Below are positions 34,134 through 44,833 of a stretch of DNA of 64,000 nt, piece by piece (within the stretch, counting starts at the first letter, position 1; the number at the start of each line of letters is the position of its first letter). The notes under the pieces were generated by a model. That model was not told the origin of the DNA. It saw nothing but the letters and a program-made list of their open reading frames with translations, and made no database searches. Origin of the DNA: an uncultured Candidatus Saccharibacteria bacterium. Its GTDB lineage: Bacteria > Patescibacteriota > Saccharimonadia > Saccharimonadales > AWTP1-31. A program made the translations under genes and the position numbers. Location of the stretch: contig CALCZR010000060.1 of the NCBI GenBank assembly GCA_937903325.1, positions 210,404 through 274,403 of the forward strand, given 5' to 3'.

Positions 34134-35060
34134 ATGAAAAAACTCAATCAATCTGGTTCACATCTTCTAGCACTTATACTAGCCATTGCTGGTATTGGCA
34201 TCATCGGGCTAGCAGCAGCTCGGGTCCTCAGAACCAAACAAAGCACTATTATTGGCTCTCCCTCAGCAACCTCGGCCACGGTCAAAGCAGAAGAGGTTGT
34301 ATGGAGTTTCGACGACAAAAAACTACAGTGGGCCCCTAAGTCCGGCACGGCGCCTGCCTGCGAGCAACCCTTTACCTTTACTCAAACTCCTATAGATTTG
34401 ACACATGTTACGGCTATTGGCATGCCTGGTATGTACCGCGGTTTTAGCTACAAACCCCACGGTGGCTTCCGTCTAGCCGATGCAACCAACGGTCAAGTCG
34501 ATATAGTTCTGCCCATCGACGCCACCCTGACAGGTATCAAGCGCTACTACGAAGGGCAGCCCGCCGAACTCCAATATCTACTCAACTTCGAAACCGCCTG
34601 CGGCATAGCGTTTCGGCTCGATCACCTGTACACATTAACTCCTGCTTTCCAGAAGATTGCCGAAACTACACCAGAACCAAAGATCAACGATACCCGATCA
34701 GATCCAAACATTCCGTTCACTCGTACTAAATTTAAAGCCGGTGACGTGGTCGCAACTGCGGTTGGCTCTCCCGGAATACGCAACTTTGGCTTTGATTTTG
34801 GAGTTTACGATTACCGACAACGCAATGAAATATCTAAAAACCCTGCTTGGACAGCTATCCACAATACCTACCAAGACACAGAATGGTACGGTGTATGCTG
34901 GCTTACTCTCATGCCAAAAGAAGACCAGGCAACCGCGCTAGAGCTAGCCAACACTGTTGTCAACCCAGCCCAACCTACCCGTAACCAAACGAGCGACTAT
35001 TGCCCCAACGCTAAATACAAGACACTTGAATTTAATAACGGCCAACCGACAGAAGGATAA
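34134..35060 (+). CDS. secreted/anchored hypothetical protein
   Basis: N-terminal hydrophobic segment LLALILAIAGIGIIGLAAA. No motif recognised. Start ATG at 34134 or 34107. Confidence 0.45.
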   Translation: MKKLNQSGSHLLALILAIAGIGIIGLAAARVLRTKQSTIIGSPSATSATVKAEEVVWSFDDKKLQWAPKSGTAPACEQPFTFTQTPIDLTHVTAIGMPGMYRGFSYKPHGGFRLADATNGQVDIVLPIDATLTGIKRYYEGQPAELQYLLNFETACGIAFRLDHLYTLTPAFQKIAETTPEPKINDTRSDPNIPFTRTKFKAGDVVATAVGSPGIRNFGFDFGVYDYRQRNEISKNPAWTAIHNTYQDTEWYGVCWLTLMPKEDQATALELANTVVNPAQPTRNQTSDYCPNAKYKTLEFNNGQPTEG

Positions 35061-35112
35061 CTAGACGAAAGCTATTTACATTTTAAGTATTTTGTGTTAT
35101 AGTTATTATCTT

Positions 35113-35409
35113 ATGTCATCTGTTGAATATTCATCATTTGCCGCTTCGGATAACCCGACACTTTTTGTCAGGACTTTTCCTGGTGGTAAGACAATTGTTG
35201 GCGCTAAGCCGGCACTGAATGAGCACGACTTCAAAGCTATCGGACCGATGAATCTGGATGACCGCAAACCATACGTAGAACATGAGGAAGGTATGACTGT
35301 CTATAACTGTAGGGATAGGGCTCTGGGTGGCATAACAGTACAAGCCCTCTCTGGCTATATAGAACAAGTTACCGGCTTTGAACCCGATATAATTGGCCCT
35401 CGCCTGTAA
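35113..35409 (+). CDS. hypothetical protein
   Basis: 98 aa from the ATG at 35113 (track start at 35092 is TTG). Confidence 0.35.
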   Translation: MSSVEYSSFAASDNPTLFVRTFPGGKTIVGAKPALNEHDFKAIGPMNLDDRKPYVEHEEGMTVYNCRDRALGGITVQALSGYIEQVTGFEPDIIGPRL

Positions 35410-35424
35410 ATAAACTTCATAGTA

Positions 35425-37203
35425 CTAATCGCGCTTGAGCATCACGGTAAACGCTTCGGCTGGAATATCTACCTTACCAAAACGCTTCATACGCTTCTTA
35501 CCTTTAGCCTGCTTAGCGAGCACTTTCTTCTTTCGAGATACGTCACCACCATACAGCCCAGTAGTCACATCCTTGCGGTAGGCAGATATATCTTCACGGG
35601 CGATGAATCGACCACCTATGCCGGCCTGCAGAGCTACCTGGAAATTCTGGCGTGGAATAACTTCTTTGAGTTTCTCAACCGTCTCACGACCCAGTCGTTG
35701 TGATTCACTGCGGTGCACCATAACGCTGAGTGCATCTACCATTTCTCCAGCTACGTAGAAATCTACTTTCACAAGGTCTTCTGCTCGGTAGTCATCGAGC
35801 TCGTAGTTAAAGCTACCATATCCACTGGTTACACTCTTCAGCTGGTCGTAGAAGTCGGTCAGCAGATTTGCCAGTGGGGCTTCAAAAGAGACTAGTGCCA
35901 ATTGGGCATCTACGTAACTGAGGTTTTTCTGGATACCGCGCTTGCTTGAGATAAGCTGGATAACCCCGCCAACATATTCTTTAGGGACAACCACTTCGCC
36001 CTTAATCCACGGCTCACGGATCTCTTGGATCTTAGCGGGGTCTGGTAGGTCGCTGGCACTTTTAATATCCACTTCTTCTTTATTAATAAGAGTAATCTGG
36101 TAGTCAGTAGAAGGATTGGTGATAACTAGGTCAAGATCATACTCACGTTCTAGTCGCTCTCGCACAATGTCCATGTGCAGTAGCCCTAAGAAACCAACTC
36201 GCACGCCAAAGCCAAGTACTGGAGAATTCTCCGGGGTAAATTGCAAAGCTGAGTCACTCAGAGAAAGCTTTTCAATAGCGTCTTTAAGAAGTTGGTAGTT
36301 TTCGTTACTATCCGGGAATATACCAGCGTACACAAACGGCTTTACGTCTTTATATCCAGGTAAAGACTGCTTAGCAGGGGACTTAACAAGCGTTACGGTG
36401 TCACCAACTTTAGCTTCGCGTGTGCTGCGCAGGTTGGTCACAATGTAGCCAATCTCACCACTTACCAGTTCTTTAGCTGGCACCAGAGCAGGGGATAATG
36501 AGCCAACTTCTAGTGCAATACCATTGGCATCGGTCGCCAGCATCTTTATTTCACTGCCCTTAGGTATTGCCCCATCTACCACACGAACATACAGAACTAC
36601 GCCACGGTAATCGTCGTAGTAGCTGTCAAAGATTAAAGCACGAGTTGCCTCTTCCGTTTGCCCTGTTGGCGCTGGAATATCTGCTACTACTCGCTCAAGT
36701 ACCGCGTCTACTCCCTGGCCCGTCTTGGCACTAATATGCAGAATATCTTCTTTCGCACATCCCAGTAGTGAAATAACTTCGGCACTCACCCGCTCCACGT
36801 CAGCTGCTGGTAGGTCGATTTTGTTAAGCACCGGGATAATGGTCAGATCTGCCGCCATAGCCAGATACACGTTAGCAAGCGTCTGAGCTTGGATACCCTG
36901 GCTGGCATCTACCACTAAAATAGCGCCTTCGCAGGCTTCTAGACTTCGAGACACTTCGTAGCTAAAGTCTACGTGCCCGGGGGTATCAATAAGGTTCAGC
37001 TCGTACCCTTCATAGTTCATCCGAACAGGAGCAAGCTTAATAGTAATCCCCCGCTCTCGCTCAAGATCCATCTTGTCGAGTAGCTGGGACTTCATATCGC
37101 GTTTTTGGACCGTGCCAGTTAGCTCTAGCAGACGGTCTGCCAGAGTACTCTTGCCATGGTCAATATGCGCAATGATACAGAAGTTGCGGATTTTAGATTG
37201 CAT
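35425..37203 (-). CDS. lepA: translation elongation factor 4 (LepA)
   Basis: IRNFCIIAHIDHGKSTLADR, DTPGHVDF, NKIDLP; 592 aa. Confidence 0.95.
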   Translation of the reverse strand: MQSKIRNFCIIAHIDHGKSTLADRLLELTGTVQKRDMKSQLLDKMDLERERGITIKLAPVRMNYEGYELNLIDTPGHVDFSYEVSRSLEACEGAILVVDASQGIQAQTLANVYLAMAADLTIIPVLNKIDLPAADVERVSAEVISLLGCAKEDILHISAKTGQGVDAVLERVVADIPAPTGQTEEATRALIFDSYYDDYRGVVLYVRVVDGAIPKGSEIKMLATDANGIALEVGSLSPALVPAKELVSGEIGYIVTNLRSTREAKVGDTVTLVKSPAKQSLPGYKDVKPFVYAGIFPDSNENYQLLKDAIEKLSLSDSALQFTPENSPVLGFGVRVGFLGLLHMDIVRERLEREYDLDLVITNPSTDYQITLINKEEVDIKSASDLPDPAKIQEIREPWIKGEVVVPKEYVGGVIQLISSKRGIQKNLSYVDAQLALVSFEAPLANLLTDFYDQLKSVTSGYGSFNYELDDYRAEDLVKVDFYVAGEMVDALSVMVHRSESQRLGRETVEKLKEVIPRQNFQVALQAGIGGRFIAREDISAYRKDVTTGLYGGDVSRKKKVLAKQAKGKKRMKRFGKVDIPAEAFTVMLKRD

Positions 37204-37254
37204 CTCGCTATTATAACAGAGGTAGGTCTATCTGGATATGAGTTTTGATTCTTG

Positions 37255-37776
37255 TTAAATTCGATGTTCACCAAAACAATATTTAATATTATCCATGTCA
37301 GGCTTCAATATATATACCGTATCAACGACTTCCCTACCCCGCGAAGAAGAATATTCCACTCGTCTCCGATCGATTTCCTGAAAGAACGGTGTGGGGTAAT
37401 CAAGGCTATCAATAGTTAAAACAGGACAGTCTTTAGCAATAGCCAGTGCAGCATTAATAATGTCACCCTCACCAATTTTGTATCCTTTGGTGCTTGGGTG
37501 CTTAGCATATAGGTTGCTCACCCGCGCAGAAAAATCTATTAATACATTTGAAAGGTCTACTGAAATCATCTCACCTTGTATATAGGTGAGGATCTTTTCT
37601 TGATTCTTCCTGTCGGATGATCGGAGTAGTTCAAATCGTGTAAAGCCACTGACTGCGAATCGATACTCTTGCTCAAGCACCCGGAACAATTCTGAGTATG
37701 CTGCTGTCTGATTTGGAATGAGAGCATGTGAAATAATATTGGTGTCAACCACCAATATTTTCCTCTCACTACTCAT
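37255..37776 (-). CDS. PIN-domain protein (VapC-like)
   Basis: ILVVDTNIISHAL at the N-terminus, later acidic residues (EGDIINAALA, TIDSLDY); 173 aa. Confidence 0.55.
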   Translation of the reverse strand: MSSERKILVVDTNIISHALIPNQTAAYSELFRVLEQEYRFAVSGFTRFELLRSSDRKNQEKILTYIQGEMISVDLSNVLIDFSARVSNLYAKHPSTKGYKIGEGDIINAALAIAKDCPVLTIDSLDYPTPFFQEIDRRRVEYSSSRGREVVDTVYILKPDMDNIKYCFGEHRI

Positions 37777-37778
37777 AA

Positions 37779-37868
37779 CTAAGTAGTAGCTTTAATTAGG
37801 CCCCTAGAAGGACTTGGTTTTGTAGACTTTGGTAAGTGTACTGAGCTCTTTGGTAGTTTTATGTTCAT
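37779..37868 (-). CDS. unannotated 29-aa basic micro-ORF immediately upstream of the PIN gene
   Basis: MNIKLPKSSVHLPKSTKPSPSRGLIKATT. RBS AAGGAGG lies 7 nt upstream. The stop is 2 nt before the PIN ATG. Confidence 0.4.
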   Translation of the reverse strand: MNIKLPKSSVHLPKSTKPSPSRGLIKATT

Positions 37869-37959
37869 ATCATCGCCTCCTTGTTGAATATAGAATACCA
37901 TCTACTTCTACGACAACCATGTTCCCAATCTATTAGCATCAGTATTGACAGGCTGTCAG

Positions 37960-39570
37960 CTACTGCCCTTCGACCTTAAGTGGTCGCATAATGAGTCGGC
38001 CAACAGCCCGTAGTTTACGGACGATAGGCTCTGCTTCCTCAAGTCCAAACAGTGAAGAAAGGCCTACGTGGACCGACAGTGTAACACTAGCGATCAGGCC
38101 AAGTTTAACACCCAGTGTAATAAGTCCCGTGTCTCCAGTATTGAGCGGGAACAAGCTAACCATAATAAATGCCGCCACTACCGTAAAGCCAGTGATTGAG
38201 ATAATCCGCCCTAGCCCGCCAAAGAATTTCATGTCAAAGAGCTTAGGATCTCGAATGAACATAATAGTCGTCAAGATAAACAGCTGTGCACCAGCCACTA
38301 TAGATTCAGCCAAGGCAATTCCTGTGATACCGTAGCTGTCTGGCCTAGACAGGTGCATAACCAGAACAATGTTTAATGCAATGGCAAACAGTGAGTCGAT
38401 AAGTGGTGTCCAGGTATCTTTCTGGGCATAGAAGTAGCGCGACACAATGGTATATACCGTACGGAAGAATATTGCTCCGGTAAGAAATCCAAAAATAGCA
38501 GCAATTTCTCGGTTGTTTTGAGCAAAGATCATACGGGCCAAATAACCACGGCCAAAGAAACAAACCACGATCACTGGTGTAGCAATCCAGATAATAATAC
38601 GCAGCACTTGCAGGAATTCCCGCCGGAACTCGTTGATGTGCCCCTGAGCCACACTCTTATTAAACTGCGGGAATACCGCCGAGCTAATTGCCGTTCCAAT
38701 AAGTAGGGTTGGTGCCGTATGCAGGGTATAGGCGCTTTCGTAGAAGCTAATATTACCGGTACCGAGCCGCCGAGCAAAGTTAGTGTCGACAATGCTGTTA
38801 ATGGACATGATGCCCTGGTCGATTGACCGTGGTGGCAACTGACGAAGAATCTTCCGGAAGTCAGGGGCATGGAAGTTAATGAAGTGACGATACTTAAAGT
38901 CGAGGCCAGCCAGCCCTGCAAAGGCAATGAGCACCTGCAAACAGGCACCGATCAGCGCCCCCACGCCTAGACCAATTAGTCCAAGGCTATCCCGGAATAC
39001 AAAGATACTAATAATAATCGATAAGTTATAGACCAGCGGAGCTATAGCATAGAAGAAGAATCGTCCAAAGGTCTGCTGTACGCTGGTGAGAATTCCACCA
39101 ATAGTAAAGAGCAGTGGGTTGAAGGCAATCAGTCGCATAATAGTCACCGCGTTATGTAACTGTTCTGGATCGAGCTTGGGCGCCACAATGTTATGAATAA
39201 GCGGCTCAGCAAAGATAAAGATCACTAACCCCACGGCAAACATAATCATGGCTAGGAAGTTCAGAAGACTATTAGACAATTCCCACACGCCTTTGCGGTC
39301 GTGTTTGTGCAAGTGGTCAGCAAGTACTGGCATGAAAGCTACACCCAAAGCACCGGCAGCGATGGTAAAGAAGAAGAAATCAGGAATCTTAAAAGCTGCG
39401 AAAAACGCATCAGTACTCCCCGGCCCTCCAGTTGGGAAGTTAGCGTTAACCAGCTTAACCCGCAGAAAACCGAGTATCTGACCCAGGAGCGACGATACCA
39501 TCAGTAGTGCAGCGGCATTACCAATAGAAATCTTTGCATTAGCCCGTCTTAATATTTGCTTCATCTGCAA
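37960..39570 (-). CDS. murJ: lipid II flippase MurJ
   Basis: 536 aa with about 14 TM helices. LLGFLR...F..G...DAFF.AF.IP pattern at the N-terminus. Confidence 0.8.
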   Translation of the reverse strand: MQMKQILRRANAKISIGNAAALLMVSSLLGQILGFLRVKLVNANFPTGGPGSTDAFFAAFKIPDFFFFTIAAGALGVAFMPVLADHLHKHDRKGVWELSNSLLNFLAMIMFAVGLVIFIFAEPLIHNIVAPKLDPEQLHNAVTIMRLIAFNPLLFTIGGILTSVQQTFGRFFFYAIAPLVYNLSIIISIFVFRDSLGLIGLGVGALIGACLQVLIAFAGLAGLDFKYRHFINFHAPDFRKILRQLPPRSIDQGIMSINSIVDTNFARRLGTGNISFYESAYTLHTAPTLLIGTAISSAVFPQFNKSVAQGHINEFRREFLQVLRIIIWIATPVIVVCFFGRGYLARMIFAQNNREIAAIFGFLTGAIFFRTVYTIVSRYFYAQKDTWTPLIDSLFAIALNIVLVMHLSRPDSYGITGIALAESIVAGAQLFILTTIMFIRDPKLFDMKFFGGLGRIISITGFTVVAAFIMVSLFPLNTGDTGLITLGVKLGLIASVTLSVHVGLSSLFGLEEAEPIVRKLRAVGRLIMRPLKVEGQ

Positions 39571-39610
39571 ACTAGTATAAAGACTGTGTCAGCTGGCGGC
39601 CAGTAGAAAG

Positions 39611-40135
39611 TCAGTAATTATTAAGAATTTTCATTGCTTCTCTCAGAAGCATCGCATCGCGCTGTTGAATAAACAAACCCTCGTAGTTATTTGGCTTGTC
39701 ACTTTCAAGAAGTTCAAGTGCCGCTTGGACACTCGGAACACGGACTTCATGGAGCCCTTCCGCTATTTCTCCCGGTTCAAGTTTGGCCTCAACTTGCTCG
39801 CCCTGCTTCTTCACAAGATAACAATATGACGTCTGTATTAGCTTAAACTGATCTCGGTATTCAACAACTATGCCGACTTCCGCAGTCACGGTACCTTTGC
39901 AGCCAACCTCTTCCATGAGTTCCCTGGCTAGCGCATCTTCAATACTTTCACCTTCATCGATCCCACCACCTGGTAGTTTGTGGTAATCGTGTTTACCGAC
40001 TCTGAGGAGAAGCACTGACCCATCCTCGTCAATCAGTACACCACGTGCAGCTTCTCGTTTTGCAAACGCAGAAGAATCAGCAACAGGAGCATCCGGAGCA
40101 ACGTCTTGCTCTCGTATGGTTAGCAGTGTTTTCAC
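39611..40135 (-). CDS. NUDIX hydrolase
   Basis: Nudix box GGGIDEGESIEDALARELMEEVG. Confidence 0.8.
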   Translation of the reverse strand: MKTLLTIREQDVAPDAPVADSSAFAKREAARGVLIDEDGSVLLLRVGKHDYHKLPGGGIDEGESIEDALARELMEEVGCKGTVTAEVGIVVEYRDQFKLIQTSYCYLVKKQGEQVEAKLEPGEIAEGLHEVRVPSVQAALELLESDKPNNYEGLFIQQRDAMLLREAMKILNNY

Positions 40136-40138
40136 GAC

Positions 40139-42007
40139 TTAGGCCTTTAGATCAGCGGGTAGTTTAGAGCCTTCAAGAACCTCAAGTACTTCTTCGGCTT
40201 CAACGGTTTCTTTCTTGAGGAGGCGGTCTTTGAGTTCGTCTAGTTTCTTGCGGTTAGCCCGAATTACTTCACGAGCTCGGCGAGCAGCTTCAGTAATAAG
40301 TGCCTCGACTTCGTCGTCGATGACCTTGGCCGTCTCATCTGAATAGTGGCGCTCATGTACCATGCGCTCCATCATCATGCCTTCATCAGCTTGGAATACT
40401 TGGTCTTGGAGTTTAGTACCCATACCCTGGTTCACTACCATGTCACGAGCTAGTTCAGCTGCTTTCTGCAGGTCATTACCGGCACCGGTTGTAACATAGT
40501 CACGACCATATACAACCTCTTCGGCAATACGGCCACCAAGCATGCGAGCGAGGATGTCTTTGTATTCTAGAATCGAGTGGTAGCTCTTATCTTCTGGTGG
40601 AATGAACCAGGTTACACCACCGGTTCCACCACGAGGGATAATGGTCACCTTGTGCACCATATCACTATGTGGAAGTACATGCCCAACAATGGCATGTCCC
40701 GCTTCGTGGTAAGCAGTCATCTCCTTTTCGTGCTCACTCATAATCTTGCTCTTACGCTCTGGGCCAATAGCTACTTTTTCGAATGCTGCAGTCACGTCAT
40801 CTGCAATGATTTCTTTACGGTTATTGCGAGCCGCGATAATAGCTGCTTCGTTCGCAATGTTACCGAGATCTGCACCAGATGAACCAGCTGACTTACCAGC
40901 CAGAGCATTAAGGTCTACGTTCTTAGCGAGCGGCTTCTTATCGAAGTGGATCTTGAGGATTGCTTCACGGTCTTTGCGATCTGGCAGGTCAATGTTAACC
41001 TTACGGTCGAAACGACCTGGTCGCTGTAATGCAGAATCGAGTACGTCGGCACGGTTAGTAGCAGCCAGCACGATAACGTTGGTTCCCTGCTCAAAGCCGT
41101 CCATCTCTACCAGGATCTGGTTAAGAGTTTGCTCACGTTCGTCGTGACCACCGCCCATGCCAGAACCACGCTTGCGGCCAACGGCATCGATTTCGTCGAT
41201 AAAGATAATACAGGGTGCGTTCTTCTTAGCCTTGGCAAAGAGATCTCGTACTCGAGACGCACCGACACCAACAAACATTTCTACGAACTCAGAACCCGAG
41301 ATGCTAAAGAACGGTGCATTAGCCTCACCTGCTACGGCTCGAGCTAGCATAGTCTTACCGGTACCAGGAGGACCCACCAACAGCACGCCCTTAGGAATCT
41401 TGGCACCAACGGATTCAAACTTCTTAGGGTACTTCAGAAACTCTACAACTTCTTGTAGGTCAATCTTAGCTTCGTCAGATCCAGCAATGTCCTTAAAGGT
41501 GATCTTGTCTTTTTCGTTACCATATAGTCGAGCCTTGCTCTTACCAAAGCTCATGGCCTGGTTTCCCTGCCCCTGCGCACTACGCAGAACAAAGAACAGT
41601 ACGGCACTAATGAAGATAACGGGGATAATACCGCTAATCAGGTTCAGCCAGAAGCCGCTGCCTGCAGAATCTTCTTTAACCTTGACGTCAACATTTCGAT
41701 TGGTAAGACCTTGCTCGTAGATACTGCTGCCAGCCTCTTTGTTAGACTTCTCGGTCGGTTTATCGCTGTCCTTAGGGGTAACTTCAAGGGTATTGCCCTT
41801 GATGACAATCTGCTTAACCTCGCCTTTGTTGGCGCGAGCGATAACATCAGAGAAAGAGACTTCTTTTAGTTTGGTGCCTGGCTGACCAGCAAAGGCAAAG
41901 CCGATCATGATAAACAGAATAAGAATGGCAATAAAACCGGCACTCTTCATGCCTTTCTTGTTGTTACCACCAGAAAGTTGTTTTGACTTGAAGGACTTTT
42001 TATCCAT
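40139..42007 (-). CDS. ftsH: ATP-dependent zinc metalloprotease FtsH
   Basis: [23 protein letters not shown]; 622 aa. Confidence 0.97.
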   Translation of the reverse strand: MDKKSFKSKQLSGGNNKKGMKSAGFIAILILFIMIGFAFAGQPGTKLKEVSFSDVIARANKGEVKQIVIKGNTLEVTPKDSDKPTEKSNKEAGSSIYEQGLTNRNVDVKVKEDSAGSGFWLNLISGIIPVIFISAVLFFVLRSAQGQGNQAMSFGKSKARLYGNEKDKITFKDIAGSDEAKIDLQEVVEFLKYPKKFESVGAKIPKGVLLVGPPGTGKTMLARAVAGEANAPFFSISGSEFVEMFVGVGASRVRDLFAKAKKNAPCIIFIDEIDAVGRKRGSGMGGGHDEREQTLNQILVEMDGFEQGTNVIVLAATNRADVLDSALQRPGRFDRKVNIDLPDRKDREAILKIHFDKKPLAKNVDLNALAGKSAGSSGADLGNIANEAAIIAARNNRKEIIADDVTAAFEKVAIGPERKSKIMSEHEKEMTAYHEAGHAIVGHVLPHSDMVHKVTIIPRGGTGGVTWFIPPEDKSYHSILEYKDILARMLGGRIAEEVVYGRDYVTTGAGNDLQKAAELARDMVVNQGMGTKLQDQVFQADEGMMMERMVHERHYSDETAKVIDDEVEALITEAARRAREVIRANRKKLDELKDRLLKKETVEAEEVLEVLEGSKLPADLKA

Positions 42008-42018
42008 AGATCTCCTGA

Positions 42019-42927
42019 CTAATTAGTCGCTACTAAAGCAATAGTTTCGTTACCAACGAGAAGCGTGTGGCGTGCATCTACATCAATTCGCTTCCCAGGG
42101 GGCAATGTCTTACATTTTATCACTAGTCTCTCCAGTAACTTAGCATTAAATGTTGTAATACCGTGACTTCTGAACCACTCGGCCAGCACCTCTAACGCGA
42201 CCGCATGTGGTAGCAAGGCAAAATGGTGCCTGTCCAAAACCTGCCGAGATGACTGGGTATGGAGGTAGATCATCAGGTCTTTATCAATCGCTCGGTTCAC
42301 TACCGACAAGTGTCCAATGTGACTTAATAGTGCTAGCCGCCCTTCCTCACCAAGCCGTGGCACAATAACTTTCCGGATGTAATTACGTAGTAAGGTCGTA
42401 TCTTCATTGGTACTATCTTCTCGCCATAGTAATCCTTGGTCACGAGCATAGGCTCGAATGTTTTCTTTTGGCACCGACAGCAAAGGCCGAATAAGATGCC
42501 GGTGACTCTTGAGTGAAGTTAGCCCTTTTCGCCCCGTACCCCGCAGCATGTTAATAATGGCTGTCTCCAGTACATCGTCCTGGTGGTGGGCAGTAATAAT
42601 AGCCCGGGCCTTGACGGCGTCTTGTACTTGCCGCAGGAAGTCGTAGCGGGCCCGACGAGCTACTTCTTCACTCGTGTTAGGTCCGAGTTGGCCTTCATGG
42701 TACACGAACGGCAGACCATACTGCCTGGCCAATCCTTGCACCAATCGGCGATCTTCGGCTGAATCGTCACGGATACCGTGATCAAAATGGGCCACCACCA
42801 GCCGTGGCTTAATACCGTCTATGTTCTTGACTCCACTGTGCTGAGCCAGAATATGCAATAGCGCAACAGAGTCTACCCCACCGGAGACAGCCACGACATA
42901 TGTACCTGGTTCTAGTTCCACCCTCAT
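42019..42927 (-). CDS. tilS: tRNA(Ile)-lysidine synthase (short form)
   Basis: PP-loop VAVSGGVDSVAL; 302 aa. Position upstream of ftsH is typical. Confidence 0.85.
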   Translation of the reverse strand: MRVELEPGTYVVAVSGGVDSVALLHILAQHSGVKNIDGIKPRLVVAHFDHGIRDDSAEDRRLVQGLARQYGLPFVYHEGQLGPNTSEEVARRARYDFLRQVQDAVKARAIITAHHQDDVLETAIINMLRGTGRKGLTSLKSHRHLIRPLLSVPKENIRAYARDQGLLWREDSTNEDTTLLRNYIRKVIVPRLGEEGRLALLSHIGHLSVVNRAIDKDLMIYLHTQSSRQVLDRHHFALLPHAVALEVLAEWFRSHGITTFNAKLLERLVIKCKTLPPGKRIDVDARHTLLVGNETIALVATN

Positions 42928-42947
42928 TTACATATATAATAACGCAT

Positions 42948-43469
42948 ATGAAAAGACTTTATTTTATCCGACACGGGTTAACCCATATGAATGTCCGAAG
43001 CGTATTTGCTGGCGTAACAGAGACCGACCTAACCGACGAGGGCCGTGAGGGCGCCTTAAAGGCTGGCAAAGACAATAAGAATGTTCCTGTTGACCTAATA
43101 ATTACCTCGCCACTTAGACGAGCCCATGACACTGCCAAGTTATTCGCCAATGGAGCAGGGCTACCAGAGTCAATCATCCAGACGAATGATCTGCTACTAG
43201 AACGCAATTTTGGAAGTCTAGAGAACACTCCTTGGTCACGGGAACTGAGTAGCCAACTTCACAATGATAATCTCCCAGAAGGAGTTGAAACCTGGGACTC
43301 TTTAGTGAACCGTGCTCAGCAGCTGCTGGACTACATCGATAAGCTTCCAGTAGACAATGTTCTCCTGGTCGGTCACGGAGCCATTGGTCGTGCTATTCGT
43401 AGCATCCTAGTTCCCGAAGCAGATATCCACGCAGGTATCCCCAACGCCAAACTCGTTCGTTGGGTCTAA
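42948..43469 (+). CDS. histidine phosphatase family protein
   Basis: LYFIRHG...SPLRRA...VGHG motifs. ATG at 42948. Confidence 0.75.
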   Translation: MKRLYFIRHGLTHMNVRSVFAGVTETDLTDEGREGALKAGKDNKNVPVDLIITSPLRRAHDTAKLFANGAGLPESIIQTNDLLLERNFGSLENTPWSRELSSQLHNDNLPEGVETWDSLVNRAQQLLDYIDKLPVDNVLLVGHGAIGRAIRSILVPEADIHAGIPNAKLVRWV

Positions 43470-43575
43470 TTCCGTCAGATGTATTTTGGAACTCTTAATT
43501 CGATATTGGCGTGCAAATCTGCCGGCCGAGCCAAAAAACAAACAATAAATATTGTCATGATATAGTGGGAAAACT

Positions 43576-43959
43576 ATGTCAAAGTACGAAGTAATTGTTA
43601 AGACGGATGTAAAAGATCGGCCCAAGGATCACGAAATATCAGCAGCCTTGATTCTGGCAAATTACTATTTTAAAACAGATGTTACTTTCTTGCGTCCTCA
43701 GACAAATCGCACGCCAGATATAGATGTAGACGGCACAAAGTGGGAGATAAAGAGTCCACTAGGCAATGGTAAAAAGACGATAGACAATAACTTTCGAATG
43801 GCTCGTAAACAATCACGTAACATTGTTATGGACTTGCGTCGTATTAAAATGCACCAAGCTAAAGCCAATGCTCGTATACGTTCCTTCCTGTCTACGCCCC
43901 ACCATTTTAAAAGGGTGATCGTTATTACTAAAAGTCAAAGGATCGTTGAAATCTTATAG
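43576..43959 (+). CDS. small PD-(D/E)XK-like protein (stand-alone toxin-type nuclease fold?)
   Basis: TPDIDVDGTKWEIKS matches PD...ExK, followed by NNFRMARKQSRNIVMDL. 127 aa in a low-GC stretch (one line hand-counted at 37 percent). Confidence 0.35.
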   Translation: MSKYEVIVKTDVKDRPKDHEISAALILANYYFKTDVTFLRPQTNRTPDIDVDGTKWEIKSPLGNGKKTIDNNFRMARKQSRNIVMDLRRIKMHQAKANARIRSFLSTPHHFKRVIVITKSQRIVEIL

Positions 43960-44064
43960 TCAAATATGCTATAATACCGATGTAAAAGTCGTGCAAGATA
44001 CTGAACTGAATCAAGCACGTCTTTTTCTTTTCCTTGGCCCCACCAGGGCACTTACTTCACGACT

Positions 44065-44808
44065 TCAACGTAAACTCTTCGTGTCTCGCACATCAATTTT
44101 AATAAGTTTGTTTACTGCAATAAGAACAGCCCCAAAAGCTAACCAGCTTGCAGCGTAACGAATGGGTGCTGAGTAATGTGTGCCCACAAGATAGTTCGCA
44201 CTAAAGTAAGCAGCCAGTGCCAAACAATTTCGGGTGAATAGAGCAGCTTGGGGTAATAACCCAAAACGATTCTCAAAGACGGCGAAGACACCGTTGTATG
44301 GAAATGTCACGACAAACGCTGCTAGATATTGATGCGCCGAGAATAAGCCGAATGCAATTACAAAGATAGTAAGAGCCTTCAAGTACGCATTTGTTTTGGC
44401 TGGAGCAACCTTACGATACTTAAACGCGACACCTCTAAACAGGAACATGAGCGTAGTCCATATCGCTAGATATACACCAAGCATTGTCCAATATGGAAGT
44501 TTTAAGTTATGGGCTAGGACATAGGCTGTCGCCACGTACAACACCGATAGAACTACATCCGTAGCGAGAATATTGATCTTCAGTTCTGCGTGCAAAAAAT
44601 AACATGCCCACAAGAAACTACCGGTGAGTGTAAGACCACTGATACTTAAACTAGTTGCGATGCTATTGGAACCTATCAGGGCAATCGTTATAGGGAACGG
44701 CAGAGCATAGAGGATAGCCTTGAGCTTTTGGCTATGTACTTTAGCCATAGCACTGATGATCATACTTACAGCAAACGCAGATAGTAGATTGGTCGTTAAT
44801 TCGGTCAC
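44065..44808 (-). CDS. polytopic membrane protein, unknown function
   Basis: 247 aa with about 7 TM helices. Confidence 0.5.
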   Translation of the reverse strand: MTELTTNLLSAFAVSMIISAMAKVHSQKLKAILYALPFPITIALIGSNSIATSLSISGLTLTGSFLWACYFLHAELKINILATDVVLSVLYVATAYVLAHNLKLPYWTMLGVYLAIWTTLMFLFRGVAFKYRKVAPAKTNAYLKALTIFVIAFGLFSAHQYLAAFVVTFPYNGVFAVFENRFGLLPQAALFTRNCLALAAYFSANYLVGTHYSAPIRYAASWLAFGAVLIAVNKLIKIDVRDTKSLR

Positions 44809-44833
44809 TATGCTTTAAGCATAACAGACATGA

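Noticed and set aside
40577-41847. ORFs of 101, 133, 72 and 187 aa on the plus strand, plus one out-of-frame 67-aa ORF on the minus strand
   Set aside because: The plus-strand ORFs are antisense to ftsH, and the minus-strand ORF lies out of frame within ftsH. All are shadow frames.
43946-44158. 70-aa plus-strand ORF as a candidate immunity/antitoxin partner of the PD-(D/E)XK-like gene
   Set aside because: Its 3' part overlaps the convincing minus-strand membrane gene 44065-44808. It has no RBS and its product is nondescript.
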